Shown here piece by piece: positions 1-12,960 of a DNA stretch of 31,857 nt; the stretch's first letter is position 1; the number at the start of each line of letters is the position of its first letter. The DNA is taken from NCBI GenBank assembly GCA_010093815.1, contig ML996573.1; one strand, 5' to 3'. The notes beneath the pieces were generated by a model. That model was given only the letters and a program-made list of their open reading frames with translations, did no database searches and was not told the origin of the DNA. The position numbers and the translations under genes are program-made. The stretch is from Pseudovirgaria hyperparasitica (Eukaryota).

Positions 1-1541
1 ACGGTGTGGTCCCTGTAGAGTAACGCGTCGCGAAAACTCTATAACTATCTACCTAGCGACGACGAGGTCGCTATTAACGCCGCTCCGAACCTCTTACTAC
101 CTCTAAAGAGGCATTGCCTAGCTACGACAACGTGGACGCGGTTCGTAAGACTTCGCAGCCGTAGTATTTATATATAGTTATAATTAATATAGAATAAAGT
201 ATAGAAGGTAAGATTTAGATTTAAAAACTAAGATAAGTAGAGGAAAGGTTTATAGAAGTTTTCTTTTATAATATAGAGATAACTAAAGGAAGCTAAGATT
301 AATATAGGCTAAAGTAATAGTAGCTTAAGTAGTATATAAAGTAGGGTAGTATACTACTATTATATAAGTCTAGTAGCTTGCTAACTAAGTATATAGTATA
401 TTATAGAAGGCTATTAAATCGGGACTTAGATAAATATAGATATAAGTAAATAGTATTATATAAAAGTTTAGCCGTCCGATATACTAACGCTATAGATACC
501 GAGTCTATCTTCTAAATTCTATAGTAACTATCTCTTCTAGATAGTAAGATATTACTAGCTATATCTTACCTATTCTATTTATAGTAGAGATACTATATAT
601 CTATTAGTATACTAGCGTATGTATCTAACTACTACTTAAATATAACTTACTTTATACTATAATATGTACTATCGAGCTAATATTATACTAATATTTATAG
701 GTTCGTGTCTATAAACTTCTCTTCTATAATATTAAAACTAGTAATATTATCTAGTAATAGGACTATATAAGAAGGAGGCGGACTTAGTATATCTAGTTAT
801 ATATAGACTTCTACTATTATCTTAATAACTACTACGCCGGTAGACGCTTCCTCCCTAGCTCTAAATAGTATATAATATTAGACTTTTATATGTTTACTTA
901 AACTCTTAAGTGTACTAGTATTATATATTAATTTATAAGGCGATTAGATTATAATCGCTAGTATATTAATATTAACGGATAGAGTAGACGGGATAGTAGC
1001 GCTCGACTCTTCTAATATAATATTAGCTAGCTAATAATATAATAGATAAATATACTAGTCGCGTCGTTATTAACGTCTATTATTTAAGTAGATAAAGTAT
1101 TAACTACGTCTATATTAAGTAGACTAGGGCGTACCTATATACTATTAATAAAAGACCTAAATCTAGTAAGATATCTACTATATATATAACTCTATATATA
1201 ACCGATAACTAAAAACCTAAGATATATAAATAGTATTAGATCTACGGAAGAGCGACGGTATTATACCGGTATATACTAGATATACTAGTATATATTAGTA
1301 TATACCGCTTAGTAGTTATAATATATTAATATATACTAATATCTATTAGTATATATATATCTTAAGCTTATCTACGCGCGCTAGACGGAGGAATTCTACT
1401 ACTATACTTATAGCGCGACATTTCTATATAGTTAGATTATAGTTAATATATTATAGTAGACTTCTAAATATACCGTTTATATCGCCTACACGGAAAACCA
1501 CCTAATCTAGTCCTAAGTCTAGTACCTATTTAATAGCCTAC

Positions 1542-2070
1542 TATAATAAATTACTAGCTAGAGCCATAGAAGAATACATAGACTCTAGTATAAGTAGTAT
1601 AAGAAATAGTATAATACGTAGAAGAGGTGCCTATAATACGATAGATAACCTTAGATAATAACCTAAGGCCGAGATAGACATCTATAGAGAGAGCTAATTA
1701 TAGATACTTAGAATAGATATTCTAAGTAGTCTACCTAGTAATTAGAAATAGAATATTAGTATTCTAAGTAACGTACTAAATACTTAGAATAAGTATTCTA
1801 ATTAGAGGACCTTAGTAGAACTATATAGACTCTTTAGACCTAACCTCTAGAGATAGTTCTATGATAATTAATTTAAACTTATACTAATATAATTACTACT
1901 TTACTCGTCTACTAGCTAGTTACTATTTATACTCTATTAATACTTACTATAAACCTACTTATATCTCTCGGAGCCTTCTAAGTATCTTTATCTTTAGAAA
2001 AGCCGGAATACTCTATAGAATGAACTACTTTAGAGATAAGCCGTACTCTTATTAAGGAAGGTTTATTATA
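1542..2070 (+). repeat. 5' LTR of element A
   Basis: TATAATAAATTACTAGC...GGTTTATTATA (RIP form of TG...CA termini); colinear with 17603-18131 and, inverted, with 30913-31441. Confidence 0.96.
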
Positions 2071-2129
2071 GTTTAATTACTCGTCTTAGACTCTAAAGTA
2101 AGTATTTATACTATTTATTTAAACGTAAA

Positions 2130-3938
2130 ATAGTAAATAATAGATAATTCTTATCTTTATAAACTACCCTATAAGTACTAACTATAGAATAAGTTAGATA
2201 TCTTATTACTAAATTAGAGGAGTAAGTCGCGGAGCTCTAAAGAGAAAATATTAAACTTAGAAAAGCTAAAGAGAGCTTTAAAAGAAAAATTCTAGAACCT
2301 TTTAAAGGTAAGTAAAGCGAACTCTAAGGATTTCTAATATAGATTAGAATATACCTCTAGGCCTATTAAATTTAGGACCTAGAAGAATAAGTTATATTTA
2401 CCGCTAGACTACTAAAGGAAGATATACTTACATGGTTCGAGCTCTACTTAAGGGACTTTATAGAAAATAATCCGTAGAATTAATAGAATAATACTACTAA
2501 GGTCTTTAAACGCTTTAAAGAATTTAAGAAATATATTAAGATAACTTTTAGAGATATAGATAAATAAAGGATAGCTAAGAGATAGATCTAGTAAATAGTC
2601 TAGATAAAATCTACGTCTAACTACGCCTCTAAATTCTAATAAATCTCTAGTTAGCTAGGATAGGATAATAAACCCCTAATCCTCTAGTTCTATACTAGAT
2701 TATATAATAACATTAAGAACAAAATCTCTAGAGAGAGAGACTATTCTACTAACCTCTAGAAATATATTAAGCTTATAGTCTAGATTAATAACTAACTATA
2801 TAAGAGACGCTATAAGAAAAGAGGGAAGAAGGTCTTTTAACCTATACTTAAATAAGATATAAGGAAGGGCTATATTAATAAAGCCCTAAACTACTTATAT
2901 AAGAGATTCTATAACGGACCCGTATCTATAGAACTTAGCGCCTTATAGATAAAATAACTATCTAATAAAGAAAAGGAGTAACTAAAGAAGGAAGGTAAGT
3001 ATCTCTACTATAAGGAAAAGGGATACTATATACGCGAATACCTAAAAAATAAGAATAAGAAAAGTTAGATTAAAGACCCGGTACTAAGACGAGGGAACTT
3101 CACTATAGAAAAGAAAGAAGTACCTTATATAGCTATATTATAGACTAGTTATACTAATAACCTCTATTTTATATATAAGTTAGAAAAAGACGGTATAGAT
3201 TAGTATCTAAAGAAAAGAAATATCTTAATAGCTAGTAAATAACCCCTATTACTTTACGAAAAAGTAGAACTATAGAAATACTTAGAAGTAATAAGAAGAC
3301 CTAAACTAAGTAAAGAAATAGTATCTAAAGAAGTAATAATTAAAGGAAGTACTATAGAGGAGAATAGTAAGAAAGAAACCCTTACTATAGAAGAACTATA
3401 TAATAAGTTAATAATAATATAAGACCCTATTACTTACTATATTATCTATTACTATAGAAAGTATATAGATAAGAATAATAGAGACCCACCTAGAAGAGAC
3501 GTAGAAATCTAATTAGAAGATAACTAACTTATTTTAACCTACCACGAGGAACATAGTAAGACTTCCTAGGTTACTTATATCTATAATAACTATCTTCGCT
3601 ACCTCTATAAGAAGCGAACCTAGAAATAGTTTCTATAATAGTATTAAAATTAAGTAATTCTAAAAGCCTTTAGGGACGAAGATATATAATAGTATAAAAT
3701 AATTACTAAGAAAGCTAATAAAAACTACTTTATATTAAAACGGGTAGAAAATAAGATTTATCTAGAGAATTAATATATCTAATATCCGGACGTTACGTAC
3801 CGAACTTATTTAATATCTAAGGCTATTATATAGTATAATCTTTAAGTAGACTTAGATAAAATTAAGAAATAAGTTTAATCTATAATCTAACTTATATAAG
3901 AAACGGAATAAGAACTTAGTAAGCTACGAAAAAACTAG
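2130..3938 (+). pseudogene. gag: gag of element A (capsid, CCHC zinc knuckle, long C-terminal extension)
   Basis: De-RIPed frame reads PEPFKGKQSELQGFL...VIFAAGLLKGDALTWFEP; knuckle CLYCKEKGHYAREC at 3000-3041; ends AAA AAC TAG at 3930-3938; start inferred from ATA (ATG) at 2130. Confidence 0.85.
3929..3935 (+). promoter_or_regulatory. -1 ribosomal frameshift slippery heptamer A AAA AAC
   Basis: X XXY YYZ heptamer in the gag frame directly before the gag TAG; the pol protease motif lies in the -1 frame. Confidence 0.75.
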
Positions 3939-6459
3939 AAAGGCTAGATACCCTAAGAGAAATAGCTAAGCTAAAAAGAAAATCTCTCGTATCTATTAGT
4001 AGCTTAGATAATAAAATATAAATATCTCTTAAAATTTAGCTCTATTAAAAATACTCTATTAAAGTACTAATTAATAGCGGAGTATAGTCTAATTTTATCT
4101 CTCTAACTATAGTAGATAAACTAAAAATATCCTATAATAGTAAAGAAGAACTATATAAACTATCTACATTCAAAGGACTCAATATAGAATATACTAATAG
4201 AATAGTATACTTAGAAATAGAACCTCTAGATTTAGTCTTAATAGTAGAATACTAATAATTATAACTAGATATAGCGGAGCTAGAATAATATAACTTAATT
4301 CTAGGAATACTATAGCTCGAAGAAGTTAACTCTATAATTAACTAGAAAACTAAGAAAATTATACCCTAGGAAATATTAAGACCCTTAGAAACTATTAAAG
4401 AAGAAGTAGAGATTAATAAATCTATAAAGGCGCTAATAACCGGGAAGTCTATCTACTATATTTAGAAGCTTAATAATAAGTAAGGTAATATAAAGAGCGG
4501 ACCCTTATATAAGAAATATATAGTATAATAAAGTACGCCTATAGATAAATAGATTTAAAAAATAAACGACGTACTTATACTAAAGAAATACTACTAATAC
4601 TATATTATCTTTAAAGAAGAACTTAAGATAGAACTACTAAAGTATAGCCTATATAATTATATAATAATACTCTAACTAGAAATAGTATCTATATTTAAAA
4701 GTATATACTAACTTACTAAAAAATAACTAGAGATAACGTAATAATATATTAAGAAAATAGAAGTAAAGGGATATATCTAACTCTCTAAATTATCTATAGA
4801 ATATCTAATACTCTTTATACTAAAGAAAGATAGAAGCGAACGACCCTATATAGACTATTAATACTTAAATAATATTACTATTAAAAATAGATACCCTCTA
4901 CCCTAAATTAATAAATTATAGGACTAACTTATAGAAGCTTAGTACTTTACTATAATAGACTTATAAGAAGTCTATAACCTTATATATATAATAGAAGGAG
5001 ATAAATAGAAAATAGCTTTTTAGACTTAATACGGCTACTATAAATATCTAGTAATACTATTTAGACTAACTAATATACTAGCTATATTCTAAATACTAAT
5101 TAATAATATACTAAGAGAATACCTTAACTACTTTATAATAGTATACCTAGATAATATATTAATTTATTTAAGAAACCTATTAGAGTATAGAGAATATATA
5201 TATAAGATACTTTAGAAATTATAAATAGTAAATCTACTAGTAGAATTAAAGAAGAGTATCTTCTATATATAGAAAGTTATATTTTTAGAATTTAAAATTA
5301 TATCTAGAGAAATATAAATAGACCTAAAGAAGATTAAAGCTATTAAAAACTAGAAATAATCTAAGATAGTTAAGGAAATCTAAGGATTTACCGGATTTAA
5401 AAACTTTTATAGAAAATTTATATATAACTATTCTATAAAGACGGCCCTACTATATAAGCTTATAAAGAAAAATATAATATTTAAATAGAGACTAAAGTAA
5501 GAATAAGTATTTTAATAATTAAAAGAGTCTATTATAACTAAACCTATATTAAAGATATATTAAATAGGAAAACTCTATAAAGTTAAGATAGATATATTAG
5601 AATTTACTATTAGAGGGTAGTTAACCTAGATAGATAAATAAGGGAAAAGATATTCTATAGTATTTTACTCCCGAAAATTCTAAGGATTAGAAATAAATTA
5701 GCTAATCTATAAAAAAGAACTCTATACTATAATTAAGTATCTTAAGAAATAGAGAAGCTATCTCTACGGATTAGACTATATAGTAAAGGTATATACTAAC
5801 TATAAAAACCTAACTACCTTTACTATAATAAAGGAACTCCGAAAGAAATAAATTAGTTAGTATAAGCTTCTTATAGAGTTTAATATCTAAATTATATACT
5901 ATAAAGGATCCGAAAACGGAAGAGCTAATACCCTTAGCTAATAAGTAGAATATAAGCAAAAAGAACCTACTATAGAATAGACTATATTAGAAATTACTAA
6001 AGAAGGAAACCTTAAACTAATATAATACGTTATAGTAATATAGAAAGAATTTATATTTAAGAATTCTAAGGGAAGGAGTATAATCCTAAGGGACGAGGCC
6101 TATTATTTTATTAAAGAATTCTATAAAGATCCAATATATAGATATTAAGAAGAAATAAAAACTTATAAAAGATTTAAGAGATACTATATAACTTATAAGG
6201 AAAGATAAGTTATTAAGAAAGTTATATAGGACTATATTCTATATAGTAAAAGCTAATCTAATAGATATAAACTATATAGAGAACTTTAACCGATTCCCCT
6301 ACTATTATATACTTAGAAAATAATCTCTATAGACTTTATAATAGATCTACTACTCTTAAGAGAACTAGTTTTATAAGTATAGTATAATACTATACTAGTA
6401 GTAGTTAATAAACTTACGAAGTATACCTACTTTATACCCTATTAAAAGAATATAGATAT
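3929..6459 (+). pseudogene. pol: pol of element A, 5' part (protease, RT, RNase H, integrase N-terminus)
   Basis: Protease LI(D)SG at 4067-4081; RT YLD(D) at 5144-5155; RNase H VETDAS..AIGG ~5582 and NGRADALS ~5915; integrase HHCC ~6120-6245; cut by element B at 6459. Confidence 0.93.
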
Positions 6460-6609
6460 TGTTACAGCTATAGTAGTAGCACATACCATGTATAATCAAT
6501 GTAGGTAGTTGCGAACCGGTCGTTTGTATAAATACAACCGACTAGATGCGTATATAGAAAATAGTATACTTTATAACTAATATAACTTAACTTATTAATA
6601 ATCTTAATA
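6460..6609 (+). repeat. 5' LTR of element B
   Basis: Aligns without gaps to 15857-16006; I count 17 differences, all transitions. Confidence 0.96.
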
Positions 6610-6612
6610 AAG

Positions 6613-6625
6613 TGGTAGCTGAAAG
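6613..6625 (+). promoter_or_regulatory. Candidate tRNA primer-binding site of element B
   Basis: TGGTAGCTG begins 3 nt after the 5' LTR; TGG complements the tRNA CCA end; cognate tRNA not identified. Confidence 0.5.
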
Positions 6626-7017
6626 CTAGTACCTACTAGTTCGTATACTTCGAATACCAAGTCCTCTTTACTAGGCTATCTTAGTTAATATAATAATAAT
6701 AGAACGATCGCTAGTTTAAGCAACCTCCTCCTTACTATACTACCTATACCAACTACTTTATTATAGGCTAGTAAAACGTCCTCCTTCTAGTATACGGCAC
6801 GAGTAGGATAGACTTATTATATTACTATAAACTTAACTCTCTAGAGCTTAAGAACGCTCTATTTACCGGTTACGAAACCATATATAGATCGAACTAGGCA
6901 TCTACGACTCCGTCGCTTCCGTATCTTACTATTTAGCTTAAAGGTTTTCTGTCGTACACCGGACGCTAGCGATTTTATATTTTCTATACTCTTACTAGCC
7001 GCTTATAATAATAGCTT

Positions 7018-10000
7018 ATATTACTACTAGAGGACTTAGTTCTCCTAGGGCATTAACTATTTAGTTACGGATAAGTTAATCGATAGACGTTTAGAAATCT
7101 ACCGCTACTTAAGATAGTACTTAATTATCTTATTACTAACTATCTACCGCCCTCTACTCTAGAACGTTCCTCACGAAGTAGAAGGCTAGCTACCGAGCCT
7201 TTTCTACCGTAGTAGTTAATAAATCGCCTAGCGTTATAAGAGGCGTATAACTCGTTCCTAAATAACCCGTTAATTCGAGCTTAGTACCCTTTAACTACTA
7301 GGCTCCCTAGGGCTTTCTTAAGCTCGTTAGACTCGGTTAATTATATAGTAAGCTCTAGTATAGACGCTACTACATCCGACCGCCCTAAACGTGCTAGCAC
7401 TTTAGTAGAATATACTATACTACGTTAGGTAGACATAGACGCTAGTAATAGTAGCACGCTAGCTAGGGCCCTAACGACCGATAATAGGGACTTTACGGTA
7501 AGGTAGTAAGCTATAATTATAGCTATAATCTAGTAGGCTCTTACTTAGCGGGCGGGTAGTTCACGAGATAACGACTAAAACCCGATGGGTAGTAGTAAAA
7601 ACCTACCGTTTAACGATAACGAAGACGGTTAAGGGTTTAGAATATAAGAAATTAGATTCTTCTAACCCGACTTAGATTATAGCTTCGGAGACAGAGATAT
7701 TATTTTTACCGGTTAGGACATATATATATATAGCGTATATATTTTCCTTAACTAGATTAAAGACGCTACTACGGCTAGAGAAACCGAAACCATTAAGTTA
7801 AAAATCTCTTAGTATCTACGAGGATGTGCCCTCGAGTAGTTTATATTAGGTTTATCTAATCTCGAGAAGGAGGCGCTCCGTTACTTACCTAGTTTAGACG
7901 CCTAGACTACGGCCTTAATTAAGTAGTTTAAGTAGCCGTTATCCGACGCTCTATCGTCCCTTATAACGCGAAGATATACTCTCTAATAGGCCCGCTTCTA
8001 AACTAATATCGCTTTATACGTATATACTATAGCTTACGACTATAGTACCGTATAATTATTAGACCCTTCTAGCTAAAACGCTTAGACGTTCGCATAGAAC
8101 GGCATTAATATTCTCCTTTACTAGGGTCTACCTCCACTAATAGAATCCACGTCTCTAGCCTAATTTATATAAACTCTATAGGTAAAACGCAAAGAATAGT
8201 ACTAACTCGTCTACTATTATCTCGGGGGCGCGTAGCGTAATACTTTAAGTCGATTTACTTAATAAGGAAGAGAAGATAGTTAATATAACGGCTCTTATTA
8301 CTATAACTTACCTTAACCGTTTAGTAACTCTTAAGACTAGGGCTAGTCTAATAGCCGTTATCTTATAACCGATCGACCCGATCGACGCTATAACTTGTAC
8401 TAGCCCCGCCCTCTATAATAGTTCTAATAAGGGTCGGGAGGTTTAGATAAAGGCGGTCGAAAGGCATTAGCTAACGTATATTAGCTACTAGCTATAACCG
8501 GCGCTTCTATAGATTATCCTACTAGTCCTAGAACGACTAATAAGCCCTATACCGGCTAGCCTTAGTCTCTTAGTAATAATAGATAATTTACCTAACCGCT
8601 ACGACTATTCCACTAGGCGTATAATGTTTAGGAAGAATTATATAACCTAGATGTTAAAGATACTTACTATATAGGGGTCGAAGAAGCTTTCTTCTACCTT
8701 AGGCTAACTAATACGGATACTATTAAACTCGTGTAGTTTAGTAACGAAACCGGCCTCGCTAGCCTTAACCCGCCGCCTAGCGACATTAATAAGAGCCTAC
8801 CTTCGTAGTTCGTAGCGTGCTAAGTAACTAATATACATCCGGTATACTAGATCTAATATAACGTTTATAACGAGGTATTTCCGTCGCGAAATAAGCTATT
8901 CAAGTACCTTAAGGATAGAAAGCACCTTAAGACGACGGTAAAGGCTAAGGTTCCCCTATGTAATCGTATAGTCCTAAGATTAGACGTCGTATATTATAAT
9001 ATCTAGGGTAACGTAGTACTATTATTAGTTAGTAACCTACTAGGCACCGGCCGAGCGTATAAAGAATCGTACTATATCTAAGTTAAGGCCTCGCTTAGTC
9101 TTAACGGCCCCATCGAACGCATCTATCTAGATATAGAAAGCGTGGTAATACTAATTAACCAAGCCTTTCTTAAATAGTAGGACCCTAATACCTAAATACT
9201 TATCTAACTAGCTATTTCCATTTAAGGAGTAGAGGGAGTTAAGCCTATAAAGTCGACCGAGTTCGCGGTTATTACGCTATTCCTCCTAGGCCGAACGTCC
9301 GACGGTTTAACCGCTATAATTATAAAAGTAACATGCGAAGTATATATCCTCGACCGTCTATAGGTAGGTCTCCTTCTTAGAACCGACGTTATAGTACCTT
9401 AGAAGATAGATATCTATATAAGTACGTATATAATAACTATCGGCATATATAGCGGGATTACTATACTAACCTTTACTACTACTATTCGACTAGTAGTACG
9501 CTAGGGAGTAACTATTTTATAGTATACCGTCCTCTAGCTACGAATACTCACGCTAGTCCCGATTATAATCCGTCGCTAGTATAAATTAGTCATAGGAGAT
9601 TACGTGTTTACCCTAACGTATATAAGTATAAGGCTTAGTTAGGGCGGAGGCGTCTATATATATCTTACTAACTAAAATATAGCGTATATATTTATCGTAA
9701 ACCGTGGATTTAGATCGGTACGTATAAATAAAAATATAAGACTCGGTGTATTAACGGACGAAATGGACGCCCTCCACGCATTTTAGGCTAAAGTAGTCTC
9801 TTTAGATAGTATAGAGGGATTATCTATAAAGCTTACTTAGCTTAATAAAGTTAAATAGATAGGCGCGTTTAGTATAAAAATTTACGCTAAAGACAAAGCG
9901 ACTACCTAGATATTTAATAAGATCGTCCGAAGTTACGCTATCTTATTTTATAATACTAGACTTATAAATATCCTAGAGAAAGACTAGATACATATCCCCC

Positions 10001-12960
10001 TAGTAAGTAACTAGAAAACGGCTAGTATAAAGCTAAGCTACCGCATCTACTCGTTAGGAGCAAGTGGTAAGGCTATTATTAATAAGATATATAATAAGCT
10101 TTATATATAAGGTCGCATAGAATACCCGATATAGATAATACCGTTCGGTTTCCTAATATTCGTCGTATACTCTATAGTAAAGTTACTCACCTAGATATCG
10201 CGTAAGGACGCCGGTCGGGTAGTTAAAGATATAAGAGACCTAAACAAAATTAGTATTAAGAACTCCTATCTATTACTACTCTAGGGTAATATTATCTAAT
10301 ATACGGCCGGAAAGAAGTTCATATCCGTCGTTAATATAGCTAGCTTCTTCTACTAGTGGCCGGTCGCTAAGGAAGACTATTATAAACTAACGTTTATATC
10401 GTACTAGGGCTAGGAGTAGTTAAACGTTATTCTAATGGGTTTCTATAACTCTCTACCGTACGTATAGAGGTAGATCGATAAGATCTTACACGACGCTAGA
10501 TATAAGGCGTTCACCATGGCGTATATTAACGATATTCCCGTATTTAGTAAGGAACTTAACGAGTATCTTAACTACCTTTAGCGGGTGTTTACTATACTAT
10601 AAGTAAGAAACCTAACGCTTAAAGGTAAAAAGTATTACTTAGGATATCTATCTATTACCCTACTCGGTTAGAAGGTCGACGCTTATAGACTCTCTACTAT
10701 AGCTAAGAAATTAGTAGCTATACGTAATCTCTAGTATCCCGAAACGCTTGATAAGCTCGAATACTACCTTAGACTAACCGGATGGTTATAGTAATACGTG
10801 CTATATTACGCTTAGCTCGCCTAGGACCTATAGGCTAAGAAAACGCGTCTTCTTAAAGAAGCACCTTTAGCGGGATATACACGTATAGCGTACTATAAAC
10901 GAACAAAGATCGCTCGAATAGACTAGCTATTAGCGTTATAGAAGGGTATTTAGGCCGCCTTCGCGGACGAGACTAAGCTTGTCTACTATAATCTAAAACG
11001 ACGGCTCTACGTAGACATTAACGTATTAAAGCACGGCTTTAGAGTCTTCGCTTACTATATTAAAGGGGAAGTAGACGATATTATAAAGATTAGATAATTA
11101 GATATCGAGCCTATTCTATACCTTAGTAAAGAACTCTCTATAGCCGAGTCGCGGTACTAGCTAATAGAGCTAGAAGTGGTAGCGGTCGTGTAGACTATAC
11201 GCTAAATACGCTATATAGTCGACGGTTTAGACTAACTAACGATTGTTATTACCGACTATATAGCCACGCCGAGTATCGTTCGATAGATAGTACTTATAAG
11301 CTTATTAGTTAATAAGCTAAATCTCCAACTAGTACGGGCCTTATAGTATCTATTCTAGTTTAATCTAGAGCTTAAATATAGGCTAGATAAAGAATACGTA
11401 GTACCTAACGCTCTTTCTCGGCTCCGTTAGATCTATAATAGAGTCTAGCTAAGAGACTTAGACGTCCTTAAGAAGCTCTCGACGTTTAACATTATAATAG
11501 TTAAAATCGACCTAAAATTTATAAGGTAGCTAGCTAACGCATATAATAACGATAAGCACTAGGCAAGTATAAAAGCTATAGTACTAGACTAGGATAACGA
11601 TGTTACTCGACTAATTTCTTTTTAATTTACTAATAGTATAATTTATTACATCAATTAGCTTAACGGATGATATCGGATCTACGTGCTAAAATCGCTTAAT
11701 AGAGATATCTTCGCTTAATTCCATAATAAAAGCGCTTATATGGGATTTTTCCGAGCATACGATCGAATTCGCGTGGGCTACTTTATTTATCGGCTCGTAA
11801 AGCGCCTAAAGCACTATATTTAGTACTATCCTACCTATAAAACTTACTAGATATAAAGATATACGCCGTATAGCGAATTGAAGCTAGTCTAGTTACCGCT
11901 AATACCATTTTATACGGTTATAATAGACTTTATTATTAGACTACTAATATAGAATAGGCTTAACGCGCTACTTACTATAACGGATAAGTTTACTAAGCGA
12001 ATCTATCTCGTTCTAGGCCGGAATAACTAGACCGCCGCGTAATAGGTAACTGCGTTTAGGAGGAGTATACTACTAGAATAGAGAGTTCTAGCCGTAATTA
12101 TTTGCGATAGGGACCGAAAATTCCTATCGTCATTTTAGAAAGGAATTTTCGAGGGTATTAGTACTAAAATCCTAGCATTAACCGCTTATTATAAATAGAG
12201 TAACGGTTAAAGCGAACGTATAAACCAAACGGTAAAGATCGCCCTATGTTTTCTTATTTTAATATCGCTAGCCATAGGCTGGACAATCTATATCCTATTA
12301 GTCTAGCGGCTTATAAATAATTTACTAAACGCCTTAATATAAAAATCTCTAAATAAGATGGTATACGGCTTCTAACTATCTAAAGGCACCCTATTTAAGG
12401 AGACTAGTTCGATAGAAGCGAATAATTACGCCTAAAAGCGTAATATAAACCGGAAAGAGACGTTAGACGCGCTAGTATTCGCCTAGACGCGTATGAAGGA
12501 GCGTTTCGATAGGCGCTATACGTCTCTACTAGACCTCGCTTCTAGTAACTAGGTCTATATTCGACTATATAAAGGGTATAAGATTCTAGGCGCTTATTAT
12601 AAGCTTGGCTAATAACGAGTCGGACCGGTACTAATTAAACGCGTGGTAGGCCGTTAGGCGTACGAACTAGAGCTACCGGAGATATAGAAAATATACCTAG
12701 TAATATCTATCGAATAGTTAGAACCATTTCTAAAGGATCTCGACTATTTCGACCGTAGAGAAGATATACACCCACTTACTATTATAAATGAGTAGATGGC
12801 GATAGCTATCTATAATCGGCGCCATGTTCGAATCGGGTGTAATTATAAACTAACCGTTAAATACTAGGTAACGGTATATAGCGATGGTCTAGAATTCGGT
12901 TAGTAGATACGGCGAAGCATGCTTCTATTAGACTTAGTCGAAGAATACGACCTTAGATAA
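7018..12960 (+). pseudogene. gag-pol: Single-frame gag-pol of element B (gag, C2H2 finger, protease, RT, RNase H, integrase, chromo-like domain)
   Basis: All motifs in one frame: gag EIGFFQPDL and CLRGxALEWF (~7650-7845); C2H2 at 8857-8925; protease CLD(TG)S 9124-9141; RT YI(D)D 10522-10533; RNase H YVDIDAS ~11008 and VPDALSR ~11401; integrase HHCC ~11722-11838 plus DDE core; KLGQQRVGP 12601; chromo-like ~12790-12957. Start codon uncertain. Confidence 0.9.

Noticed and set aside
1..164. Less-mutated, GC-richer stretch that may be the 3' end of an ORF (..EALPSYDNVDAVRKTSQP*)
   Set aside because: Too short, has in-frame stops and no recognisable motif
165..1536. Possible degraded ORFs on either strand, one perhaps spanning the A insertion site
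   Set aside because: Frame and strand could not be fixed and no family motif was recognised
9481..9780. Intact dUTPase between protease and RT of B
   Set aside because: The beta-rich spacer is common in Gypsy pol and I found no catalytic dUTPase motifs
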